The translations under genes were made by a program, and so were the position numbers. The notes under the pieces are model-generated. The model worked only from the letters and a program-made list of their open reading frames with translations, was not told the DNA's origin and made no database searches. From Amphiscolops sp. MND2022 (taxonomy: Eukaryota), in assembly GCA_964187785.1 (NCBI GenBank), contig OZ076409.1, positions 67,582,001 through 67,646,000 of the forward strand: 64,000 nt of DNA, written 5' to 3'. Below are positions 12,501 through 24,500 of this stretch, piece after piece. Each line of letters begins with the position of its first letter. Positions within the stretch are counted from its first letter, which is position 1.

Positions 12501-15500
12501 TCACAAAAATTTTTAAAATTGCAAAAAGGTGTCCCTTCGAAATTTTGGGTTCAAAACAGATCGACAACCAAAAATTACGAGCAAAAACTGAAGAAACCCA
12601 GTATGCAAAATAACGTATGTTAAAAATTCTGATTCAATTGGAAATGTTTTCTCGCAAACAGTTTCGAGCATGAATAACAATGATACAAAATTGTAGGAAA
12701 GTTTAAATGTACATTCTGAGTTTCTGTGAAGGATATGTGTGTTTTAACATAATTCTAACATAATAATCGGAAAGTTGTTTTTCGCTAGCAATAGCATAGT
12801 GACAAGAAGCCACATTAGCTCTACGCAAGTTAGAGATTGGCAGTGTGATGCCCTCGGAGGTTGAGCCAAAGCTCGTGTACGAATGACCTCGAAGCGGCCT
12901 ACTACCGTTAAAATTTTACAACAAATAACACTTAAAAACTTGGTGATTAGAGCTGCAGATGATGTCATTCAAAAACCACAGATTTTAAATTAGCTTTGAA
13001 TTGTAAAAACTTCTCTCAGCAACGGATCGCAGCTCTCAAGTTCATAGCCGGTGAACCATGAAAATTCATTTTCATCACTAATCTGGAATACATTCGATTA
13101 ACAATTCTCAACTTTTTAAACTTTTTAACTTTTTAAACAGCTCTCAATTTCCAAAGCGGAACACTAAATGAGCTGTGACACTAAATTTCACCCACTTTCA
13201 GCGACCTGGAGAAAACAAGGCAGGGAGTGTCAGACAAGATGGCGGTTTCAGTAAATGCGGGAGCAAGTTTTGTTGGTTGTTTCATTATGGCTTTCCATTA
13301 TGGTCCTTTGATGGCGCTAATGTCATGCCTGGTTGTGCCTCTCATGATCTTCGTTGGAGTTCAACTTAGCTTTGTTAGTCGTTGAAAAAATTTTCAGTTT
13401 TTGTTGATTTGTCATTGACGCTATCGGAAAACTTGAAAACTTTGTGCATCTCCATACATATTTTTGTGCTTTTCGAATTAAAACCGGAATCATCCTTGAG
13501 ATAATTCAGTTCCGTTTCATTCAGAGATTCGTTTTTTTTCAGTTCTCAAACCAAGCACAGAATCTGGAGCAGAAAGAAACGGGCGAGGCAGGAGTGGTCG
13601 CTGAACGGGCTCTGTCCAACATCAGTACTGTCGTCGCATACGGGGGAGAACAAAGAGAGATCAATCAGTGAGTTTCATTGAACCTTTTATTTCTCTATCG
13701 AGAGTACATTTGAGATGAAGAGCACAATTCAGGCATGGTCATAAATATTGGTTCTTTGTTAGTAAATGAACACTTCTTGGAGAGGAAAATATTTGAGCAA
13801 CACAATGAGGGCGTTAATATTGCTCGAATTTGAGAGAACAAAAGTAGAGTCCATGAGAAAGGAAGTTGCGTAGAACTTGGAAATCATACTTCTTGAAAAT
13901 CAAGAACAAACTTTGAATTCGGTTTACTCAATTGTTTCAGCTTCAACCGAAAGCTGGGCAAATTACGTAAGCAAGAATGGCGGATCTCTATGTTGGAATG
14001 TTCCATGTCAGGTGTGCTCCACGGAGCTGTGTTTCTAATGTACACAGTCTGCTTCCTAGTTGGCGCCTGGCAAATCAAAAAGGTAAGTCCATTCTTTGAC
14101 ACAACAGGGGAATTGCAAAATCAATCTCATAAATCAGCACGGAAATCAGCAGTTTCAATTTTTTTTCAGGCCAAGAGTTAGCCCATACAAATTACGATTT
14201 TTCCCCATGAAAATTGAGAAAGCTAAATAGAATAAACCCGATTACTTCAGAAACCAGAGCCGCATATGCGGTAAAGGAGTCGGCTTAGGTCTTTTTCCTT
14301 TTGACTCGCTCCAATCCCAGTTATACGAATTTATTGAAGTTGCACACAAACACCATACTATGGTGTATAAAATGACTAGAAATTTTTGTTCGAATCGTAT
14401 GGACAGTTTTTGCAAAAATCAAAAAAAGTCGAAAAATGGCTGTTTTTTGGCCGTTTTTGCGATAATTTTGGCTATGTTTCTCACATCCCAGCCATACGAT
14501 TTTGATGCCATTGCACATATAGGACTCTAATATGGTGTAGAATGAATGTAGAAAGTTTCGTTTGAATCGTTTGGACAGTTTTTGTGAAAATCGAAAAAAG
14601 TCAAAAAATGACTGTTTTTTGGCCATTTTTGGGCTAATTTTGGCTATGTTTCTCACATTCCAGTCATACGATTTAGATGCCTTTGAGCACGCACAGGCCC
14701 CTTTGGCCTTTGGGTGTAGAATGACTGTGCCAATTTTTATGAAAATCGTATGGACAGTTTTTGAAAAATTTGAAATTTTCATGAAAAGGTCGGGAGAAAA
14801 AAAAACGACACGATTGGATAAGTAGTCGAAAATTTTTTCCGACTCCTAAAAATTATTGGTAAATAGCCGTTTTGTTGACTTGGATTCGTATGGTGTTGTG
14901 TTCGTCTTTTCTTGCAAAACTAGTTCTAATACAGTTAGTACGTGTATCTCAAAATTGCAGAAAAAGATATAAAAAAAGAACAAAAGTCAAGAAACACGTT
15001 GTGTCCTGAAATTTTTTCGGCCAAATTTGTTGAAACGATAGTTGATTTTATATCACACCAGTTTAAAGACAGCCTAAAATAGTTTAAAACATTAAATTTT
15101 TTATCTCTCATTGAAAACACAGCGAAAACACTTTCATAAACAAGACGCCCGCTGACGTCCTGGAGTCCACGACAAGCAGCAAAATAGCTTGCTTATGCAC
15201 TGTGATGGCAATGTATTCGTCTTTGTTGTTAAAAACTAGCTCTCCATTTTTTCCTCCAAAAATTTGAATGGTACCATATACACGAATTCAAACGGTAACA
15301 AATAATTGGGCCTCTTAAATAAAAAATACCGTGACTACTTAAAAAAGCAATATGTTAAAATTTAAATATGCACAGTTAACTATGCATTATAAACTTAAAA
15401 AAATTAAATTAAATTAAATTTGAACAAGACGCCCGCTGAGCAGCGATATATTTTCGGCCCCGAACTGTTCTGCAACTACATAATTTTGAGGCTCAAGAAT

Positions 15501-18500
15501 AGCCAATGCACTATAAAAACGCAATAAAGAAAGCTTTCATTCATCTTCGCCCATTTTTGAAGGAAACACCGAATTTTTTAGTTCTGGGATAGCTGACAAG
15601 TTTTTGTTTTCTTTTCGGCACTATGCGACTTACCAGGTAAAGAAATTTTTAGCAAGGTTTTTTGTAAAGGAAATAAATTTCACGGGTCTTGAGGGTGTCA
15701 CAGTCCGCGCCCGGACTGGATTGAATTAATTAAGCAAACTAATACTAATTTACGTCACCGCTTTGCCAATACGATTGAATTTGCGTCGCGACTACGCTAC
15801 GTCACAGCCTCGTCTACGCATACCAGAAAATCATTCCAATTATCAGCCTATACTAATAGTTTACTAGAAATCATTCCAATTTTCCGCCAATGTGACGTCA
15901 GAGCGCTGGCAGCTAACTAGCTAAAGTCTAAGTCTAAATACTCGTCAGCATCACGTCAAACTAGTCAAAATCTCATTTGTGCCAAGAAAACTCGTCAACA
16001 TGACGTTGACAAGTTTATGAAGCTTAAATTCTGCCAAGAAAACGCGTCAACATGACGTTGCCAAGTTTATGAAATTAGACGTAATTGAGTTTTTTCCATC
16101 AAAATAGCTGTTTTAATCCATCCAAAATACCAATTTTACGTCCACGCTACGTCCACTATAATGGTGGACTAAGTCTAATACCAAAGTTACGTCCATACTA
16201 CGTCCCAAAGTTATGAAATTAGGCGTTTTAGTCAGTATTGAATTTAAAAGAAGTCTTATTTTACTACGGTAAAACTAATTGAAGCTAGAATATGAATCAA
16301 CGGCAACACTACGTCGCAATTTAACTAACTAAGCCAAATTTTGAATCTACGTCAACGATACGTCAACTAATATACTAGAAGTTGAGAAAACACAATTCTA
16401 CGTCAGAATTGCGTCGACTAAGATTGAATTCGAACGTAACAAGGTATTTAAGCCAAGATTTTTCAGACTAACTTAAAATAACAGTGTTTTAACGCTATTT
16501 AAATTGGAGAGTCACAGTTTATCTTCAATTTGTGTTAACAAAGTGCAGTCTAAGCAGGTTTTTTAAATGTATGCTTTGATTACCTAATTTATTGAATTCA
16601 TTGGCTGTTTGACGGTGTCACGTCATCTTTTATTGTTGCTCAAAGGTGTTGCTTTTAACTTTAATCAGATAAATAATCGTTAATTGTTGAAATATTTAGT
16701 TGTTTTGCCTCATGAAAATCAGTCACTCTCTTAGCATCACTAAATCAAGATAATTAGTCATAATTTTCTTCAAGTAAAAATTCAAAATTAGGTATTAGTT
16801 GTTCACGTCAGCGTCATCTACGCGTCGGTTTCTTACGAACCAAAGCAGTAAAACGGGGAATTATTTCCGGTTTCACAGACTGAAGTAATATCTACTTCCT
16901 GCTTGGCTTGGGAGGAAACAAAAGGACGCCGGAATGAAATGATAAGATCATGGTTGAAGACTAATACTAGATAGGAATTGCCGTGTCTTAAAAATTGACG
17001 AAATGCTAACGCAGATCAAAATTTTGCCGCAAAATTACAGGAAGTGACTAATATCTCGATGGAAATTAAAGTTCGCGAGTATGAACAGATGATGCTAGGA
17101 GGGTATATATAGGTTGTACCTGTAAAATTATTCATTCAATTTGTTATTCAATCTGCGTTTCAATTTTGTTCTAAATTTCGATTGAATATCTACCTTTGTA
17201 AAACGCAAAACTCAAAAACTACATTTGAAATACATTGTTCAAAACAATCATATCTTCATCAAGATGTCAACTAGAGGTCGGAAAACAGTCCAGCAGGAGA
17301 TTAGCAGAAAACAACCAAAATAGCTGAAGTAGCGATCGAACAAAGTTCGTAACATGGTGACAGGAGTTTTGGGCCACTTAACAAATGTTCCCAAAGAAAA
17401 CCTCAGAACAAACTACCATTCAAACATCGCCCCGACACAACGAAAGACGCAGCTTCACCAAAGAAATGATATGTTCCAAAATGAAAACTGCATTGAAAAT
17501 GGCAACAGTAATCCACATAGTCGAGTACAATGACATCTATACGAGAAACCGACTCGACATTGGAATCAATAACGGTTTCAAAGTGAAATTAACAGCAAAG
17601 CGCGACAGTCTCGCCTACACCCAAAGTCTATCTCTACCCATCAACTTCAATTAGGACCTCACAGTCGCACTTGCACCTATGCAGATCTACATAACCACCA
17701 CTACCCTCGCTTGCTTCAAACCCGCAAGCCAGATAATTGCGCAACGCAACCCAAACGACAATTGGAGCCAATTTTGGCCTACTAATGATGAACGAGTCAA
17801 TACACGACAACTACAGCAACGAAAATCATCTCGTCAGTACCTTCGCAAGTGCAGTCAAACTCTTGTCGAGGACGTCGATTACAACAAAGCGTGGTTCCAA
17901 ATGCTGGCAACATGTTCTTTGGGTGATACTTTCCACCAGAGACAGGTGAAGTAGTTCACATCAGTAAGTAAAAAAGTAGACTTTTCCTGAGGTTGAGTTG
18001 TGCGTTAGAAAAGTGACAATGGAGTAGTCGCTGAAGCACACATTCCCAATCAGACGCGTCAGGAAAATCTAAGCTGCGGAAATACTGACAGAGAAAGACA
18101 CTTTGTCATACGTATTAAACACAAAAGCTTAATGGAACGGGGAATGTAACAAACATAAGGGTTGTTGAATAACCAGCGCGCCGGCGTCACTAATACGCAC
18201 AACTTTTAAGATCAAATGGATCTGAGATTGACCAGGGTTAAAACAGCCCAATACTGAATCGACGTCATTATGACGTCAACAGTGATCGAAAATAATAACA
18301 AGAAAAAAGAAAAAAACAAATAAAATTCAAGTTGGCTAACCGCTAGCGAAATTGACGTCATCAAAACGGTGACAAAACATAAAGTTGACTAATTACCAAC
18401 AAAACTGACGTCGGCAAAACGTCGACAAAAAGGTTATCAGGGTAGGAAATTAATCCTATAATCTACAATGACGTCATCATAACGGTGACAAATCCTAAAA

Positions 18501-21500
18501 GGTAGTTAGGCTAACGAAATTGACGTCAGCAAAACGTTGACAACTTTGGTCAAACGAAATAATTTAATTCGTGGCCAATAAAAATGCGACGTTGGCAAAA
18601 CGTCAAATCCTGGGACTACAAAAGAATTAAAAGACAGCTTCTACCCCCACCCAACGCGTGCTATACCGAACTATAGAGTGGTAGCGAAAATCTCACATTC
18701 CTCTGGGAAAGCGTACAACACAAACAATCCTCTGGCCAGTTTCGACAACCCGACAACATCTCTTCGTCCCATCACAGTGGCCCTGTCACAGTCCGCGCCC
18801 GGCCTGGATTGTGATTGCCAAGAAGCGCAGTTTGGCCGTGATCATGGATGCATTATGAAAACAGTTAGACTATATTATTAAACTGAAATAAACTATGACC
18901 AGTTAAGATCATCAAAATCTAAAGTATGAATGAATTCATAACTTAATAAATTCCGAAATTATATCACACATTTCCTGTCAAACGTAGTGATGACGGTAGA
19001 CTTTTAATCATTTTGCTGCGAAATACAACCGAGACTTATCATTGCCGCAAAAAGAATGAAACTATGTCAACATTTAGGACTAAAGGGAACAAAAACAATT
19101 TGATAACCAATTAATTGACGTGGAAAACTTCCCAAACATCCTCTCTTTTAATTTATCAAGCCCCCGAGAACCTTTTCTTCCTATGACAGTGGCCCTGTCA
19201 CAGTCCGCGCCCGGACTGGATTGAATTAATTAAGCAAACTAAAACTAATTTACGTCACCGCTTTGCCAATACGATTGAATTTGCGTCGCGACTACGCTAC
19301 GTCACAGCCTCGTCTACGCATACCAGAAAATCATTCCGATTATCCGCCTATACTAATAGTTTACTAGAAATCATTCCAATTTTCCGCCAATGTGACGTCA
19401 CAGCGCTGGCAGCTAACTAGCTAAAGTCTAAGTCTAAATACTCGTCAGCATCACGTCAAACTAGTCAAAATCTCATTTCTGCCAAGAAAACTCGTCAACA
19501 TGACGTTGACAAGTTTATGAAGCTTAAATTCTGCCAAGAAAACGCGTCAACATGACGTTGACAAACTTATGATATTAGACGTAATTGAGTATTTTCTATC
19601 AAAATAGCTGTTTTAATCCATCCAAAATACCGAATTTACGTCCACGCTACGTCAACTATAATGGCGGACTAAGTCTAATACCAAAGTTACGTCCATACTA
19701 CCTCCCAAAGTTATGAAATTAGGCGTTTTAGTCAGTATTGAATTTAAAAGAAGTCTAATTTTACTACGGTAAAACTAATTGAAGCTAGAACATGAATCAA
19801 CGGCAACACTACGTCGCAATTTAACTAACTAAGCCAAATTTTGAATCTACGTCAACGATACGTCAACTAATATACTAGAAGTCGAGAAAACACAATTCTA
19901 CGTCAGTATTGCGTCGACTAAGATTGAATTCGAAGGGAATATGGTATTTGAGCCAGGATTTTTTAGACTAACTTAAAATAACAGTGTTTTAACGCTATTT
20001 AAATTGGAGAGTCACAGTTTATCTTCATTTTGTGTTAATAAAGTGCAGTCTAAGCAGGTTTTTTAAATGTATGCTTTGATTACCTAATTTTATGAATTCA
20101 TTGGCTGTTTGACGGTGTCACGTCGTCTTTTATTGTTGCTCAAAGGTGTTGCTCTTAACTTTAGTCAGATAACTAATTGTTAATTGTTGAAATATTTGAT
20201 TGTTTTGCCTCATGTAAATCAGTCACTCTCTTAGCATCACTAAATCAAGATAATTAGTCATACTTTTCTTCAAGTAAAAATTCAAAATTAGGTATTAGTT
20301 GTTCACGTCAGGGTCATCTCCGCGTCGGTTTCTTACGAACCAAAGCAGTAAAACGGGGAAATATTTCCGGTTTGACAGACTGAAGTAATATCTACTTCCT
20401 GCTTGGGAGGAAACAAAAGGACGCCGGAATGAAATGATAAGATCATGGTTGATGACTAATACTAGATAAGAATTGCCGTGTCTTAAAAATTGACGAAATG
20501 CTAACGCAGATGAGAATTTTGCCGCAAAATTACAGGAAGTGACTAATATCTCGATGGAAATTAAAGTACGCGAGTATAAACAGATGATGCTAGGAGGGTA
20601 TATACAGCTTGTACCTGTAAAATTATTCATTCAATTTGTTATTCCATCTGCGTTTCAGTTTTGTTCTCAATTTCGGTTGAAAATCTACCTTTGTAAAACG
20701 CAAAACTCAAAAACTACATTTGAAATACATTGTTCAAAACAATCATATCTTCATCAAGATGTCAACTAGAGGTCGGAAAACAGTCCAGCAGGAGATTAGC
20801 AGAAAACAACCAAAATAGCTGAAGTAGCGATCGAACAAAGTTCGTAACAGAGGGTGACCTCTTTGTTTCTTTTGATCATGAGGAACTGATGAGCTTTCCC
20901 ATTGATTTTGTAAAATACCTCATTTCAGTTTCTTTGCGACTATGTGCTTCTTTCCGAAACATTCAAATGATCGAAGGGTACCTCCTTGGTTTCGTAGCTG
21001 AATTCAGCTTGAGAAAAGTAATTTTGCAGGCTGAAACTTGCTACGCAATCATAAGATTTTACCAAAAAAGTTGTTTGTTTTACCAAAAAAAAATCCTGGT
21101 TGGGTAAAAGTGGTTTTCGAGTCTCAGGCGTATTTCTTGGGATAATTTTTGGCACTGAGAAAATGGTATAGGCTTGAAACTAGCGCTTTTGCAAGTTGAA
21201 GAATCCGGTCCCAATTTTTTGCACGTAGTTTCACTAAAAGTGTCAAAAATTGGACATGTTTTTGACAACTTTAGGATCAATTTGAGGAACTTTTCTAATA
21301 AGAGTCTACAGATGTCTCTTCGAAAATTAGCCTACTGGACGCCAAGTTTACTTGTTGTTGTTGTTGAATGTTTACACCATTCTAACCTACGAAGTAGCTC
21401 GAAACAATTTATTTTGGAAGGTGTACTCCATATCTGGGGATTTTGCTTGGAGCTTGTTGAAGATTAAGTATTTGACAAACAACGTCGAAAGTTACGCTTC

Positions 21501-24500
21501 CAAGTAAAGTTTTTGAAAGTTAGGCGAATAAACTTGTCTGATATCTTTTTCAAACACTACCAGCAGTTACATGTTCAATCTTGTGCCTTTGGGTTTTCTG
21601 ATGGAAGTGAGTTTTCGGAAAGGGTCCTACATGGGACTATGTTGTCGAAAATTTAAAAAAGTCCGAAATTTTGACACCTTTGTTGTAAACTTGACAAAAT
21701 TCATCAATTTTTTTTGCCAAATTGCGATTTGATTATCCTATTGGCTCAACGCGCAGGTCAATGAAGTTCTCTCGATCGAAAACTTTTGTGATTTGAACCA
21801 AAAATTGGGAATATTTTGTCGGGAAAAAGTACTTTTTTGTTGTTTCCTTTCATTTTGGGGAGCTTTGAGGCCAATCCCAACAAAACAACTGCTGTTATAT
21901 TAGTCCTTGTTGAGTTTTTACACCCATTATTTGCAAGGAAGTAGCTCGAAAAAATCCTGCCTGAAAAGGTATAAAAACTTGAATGTTCTCAGTTTTTGCA
22001 TTTTTGGATCTTTCTAAGAAACGTTTCTTCCATTAAAGATGCAAAATTTTCTTTTGGAAACGGTCTGTGGACCTTGTTTTACCATCTGAAGCTATTTGAA
22101 ACCTTTAGTTTACCGAAAATTGCTATCTGATTTAAAAATTCACTTAAAATGTCAGATATGGGCAAACGTTTTGAAATTTTCGACTTTTTGCTATCAGATT
22201 TGAGCCATTTTCCCACCGAAGTCTGCAAATATTTCTTTGAAATGTGATGCATAGCTCGTTCTTTCAATTTGAATTGAAAAATTTTTAATCAAATCTCTCG
22301 GAAATTGTACAAAAATTGCATCAAAAGCTACAAATTCTTCAAATTTTTCGACACTTTAGTTGGTCAAATTTAGGCATTTTCCTATTACCATTTGTATTTC
22401 TCTCTTGACAAAAGCTCGCCGAAACAACAAATTTCCCATTGCTTAGGGGCTTTAACACTTTAGTCCGCCAAGTCTATAGAACACCTTGTCCTTTTTTGAC
22501 ATTTGCCAACATTCCAATCTCCGGAATCTGTGAAAAAATTCATAGAAATTTTAAAAATTGAAAAATTTCGGGATTTTTGTCAAAGTCAGAGTCGATTTGA
22601 GACTTTTCACTTAGAAAACTGAAATTATTTCTTTATTAAAAACTACTGGACAACAAATTTCTACCTTGATGAACGTTTCCAACCTTCCAATCCACGGAAC
22701 ACCTCGAAATTCTGACAGAGATTGCATAAAAACTTGAAAACTAGACAATTTTACGTTTTTTGTCTTTTTCGCTGCCAATTTGAGATTTTTTTCTTTACGA
22801 AAACTACAATAATCTCTTCAGAAAAACCAACTGGACTAATATGTTTTCCTCATTGACTCTTTTCAACGTTCCAATTTACGAAGTCTGTCGAAAATTTGAC
22901 AAAAACTGCTTAAAACCTTTGAAAAACGGAAAAATTTGGATTTTTTGTCTTTTTCTATGTCATTTTGAGATTTTTTTCATAACAAAACAGCCATTATCTC
23001 TTCGGAAAAGCCTACTGGACAACAAAACCTACTCAAGTTGTGCCACGTTGAGCGTTTTCAACATTGTAATGCGCGAAATCTATCGAAATTTTGACCAAAA
23101 TTGCAGAAATATTTTAAAAATGGAAAACATTTTGATTTTTTGTCTTTTTCTGTGTCAATGTGAGATCTTTTTCATCTTGAAAACTGCACTAAACTCTTCG
23201 AAAAAGCCTACTGGACTAATATTTTTTCCTTGTTGACCCATTTCAACGTTCCAGTCCACGAAGTCTGACGAATATTTGACAAAAATTGTATAAAAACATT
23301 GAAAATGGAACTTTTTCGGGTTTTGTCAATTTTGATGTCAATTTGAGATCGTTTTCATTTAAAAACAGCGCTTATCTCTTCATAGAAGACTTTTGAACAA
23401 CAAGTTTTTGTCTTGTAGAACGGTTTCAACATTTTAATTCACGATATCTGTCGAAAAATTGCATTAGGACCTAAATATATGGAAATTTTAGAAAACTTTC
23501 CCATTTTTGGGGTCATATTTGGGTCATTCTGGGGTCCTTGTGGTCAACTAAAAAAGTCTAGAAATCTCCACAAATACATCTCGCACGAAGCTAAATTTAT
23601 GTGAGTTGAATTCTATGGGTAACACCCTTAAAGTTAAATATAAATTTGGTGCTTGGCAAAATTTGTAAAAAAAATCACGTTTGATTTAAATATTTTTCTT
23701 TCCCATATGAAATATGGGGGGAAATAAAAAGATGTGTCGCTGGAGAAAATCTAGGATGAAGCAAAATGCTTATTGGTTAATTGACTCTGAAATTGATACA
23801 GGGCAAAATGGAACCCCTGGAATGCTTTGTGGTGACTTTTTGCATGACTGTCGGTTCCTTGCATCTGGGAAATGCTGCTACCCTGGTCACCATTATTAGT
23901 GGTAGTGCTTCTTCGTTCAGGTTCCTCAAGACCATTCTTACACGGGTCAGTGATTTTTTTAACTTTAATAAAGTGTCCGAGAAAATGTTGAAATTAAATC
24001 AACACGATTTTTTCGACACATCTAGTTGACCTGTAATGCGATTAGCTCGAAGCGATAAAAATCTTCGTACTTTTTTTAAAGTTTCTTCCATGTTGCTTCA
24101 TAGAACTAAGTCAGTGGTGAATAAGATACATATTCAACCCCACCAAAAAATGTTTGATTTTGGACACAAAACAGACCAAAAGAGCTTCAATTTCAAAAAA
24201 AATATATTGACTTTTTTGTTCATTTAAACGACCGTACTTTTTATTTTTAGACTTTTCTGCAGTTTTTTCTGCACAGGAATTTTGGCAGATTTGTTGAACA
24301 AAATTGTTGTCATCTGGTTTGCCATCCGGATCTTTATTTATCAAGTCGCAAATTTCAAGTTGACCATGCTTCTGGAAAAGGTGCATATTCTTAATTTCAG
24401 GTTCCTCCAATTGACGCCGAATCCAATAAAGGGAACGTCCCAGAAGACATACAAGGTCACTTGGCTTTCAACCATGTCAACTTCTCTTATCCTACCAGAC

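Larger units (their letters stand above)
15696..20849 (+). mobile_element. Non-autonomous Gypsy-derived LTR retrotransposon in ABCB1-like intron 8
   Basis: Near-identical LTRs 15696-17354 and 19196-20849 (TGTCA..TAACA); exact GAGGG TSD (15691-15695, 20850-20854); PBS at 17355; internal pol relic [18 protein letters not shown].. Confidence 0.95.

Noticed and set aside
14321..14825. 153-aa and 87-aa ORFs as genes
   Set aside because: They lie inside a dispersed repeat made of ~180-bp subrepeats and show no recognisable domain.
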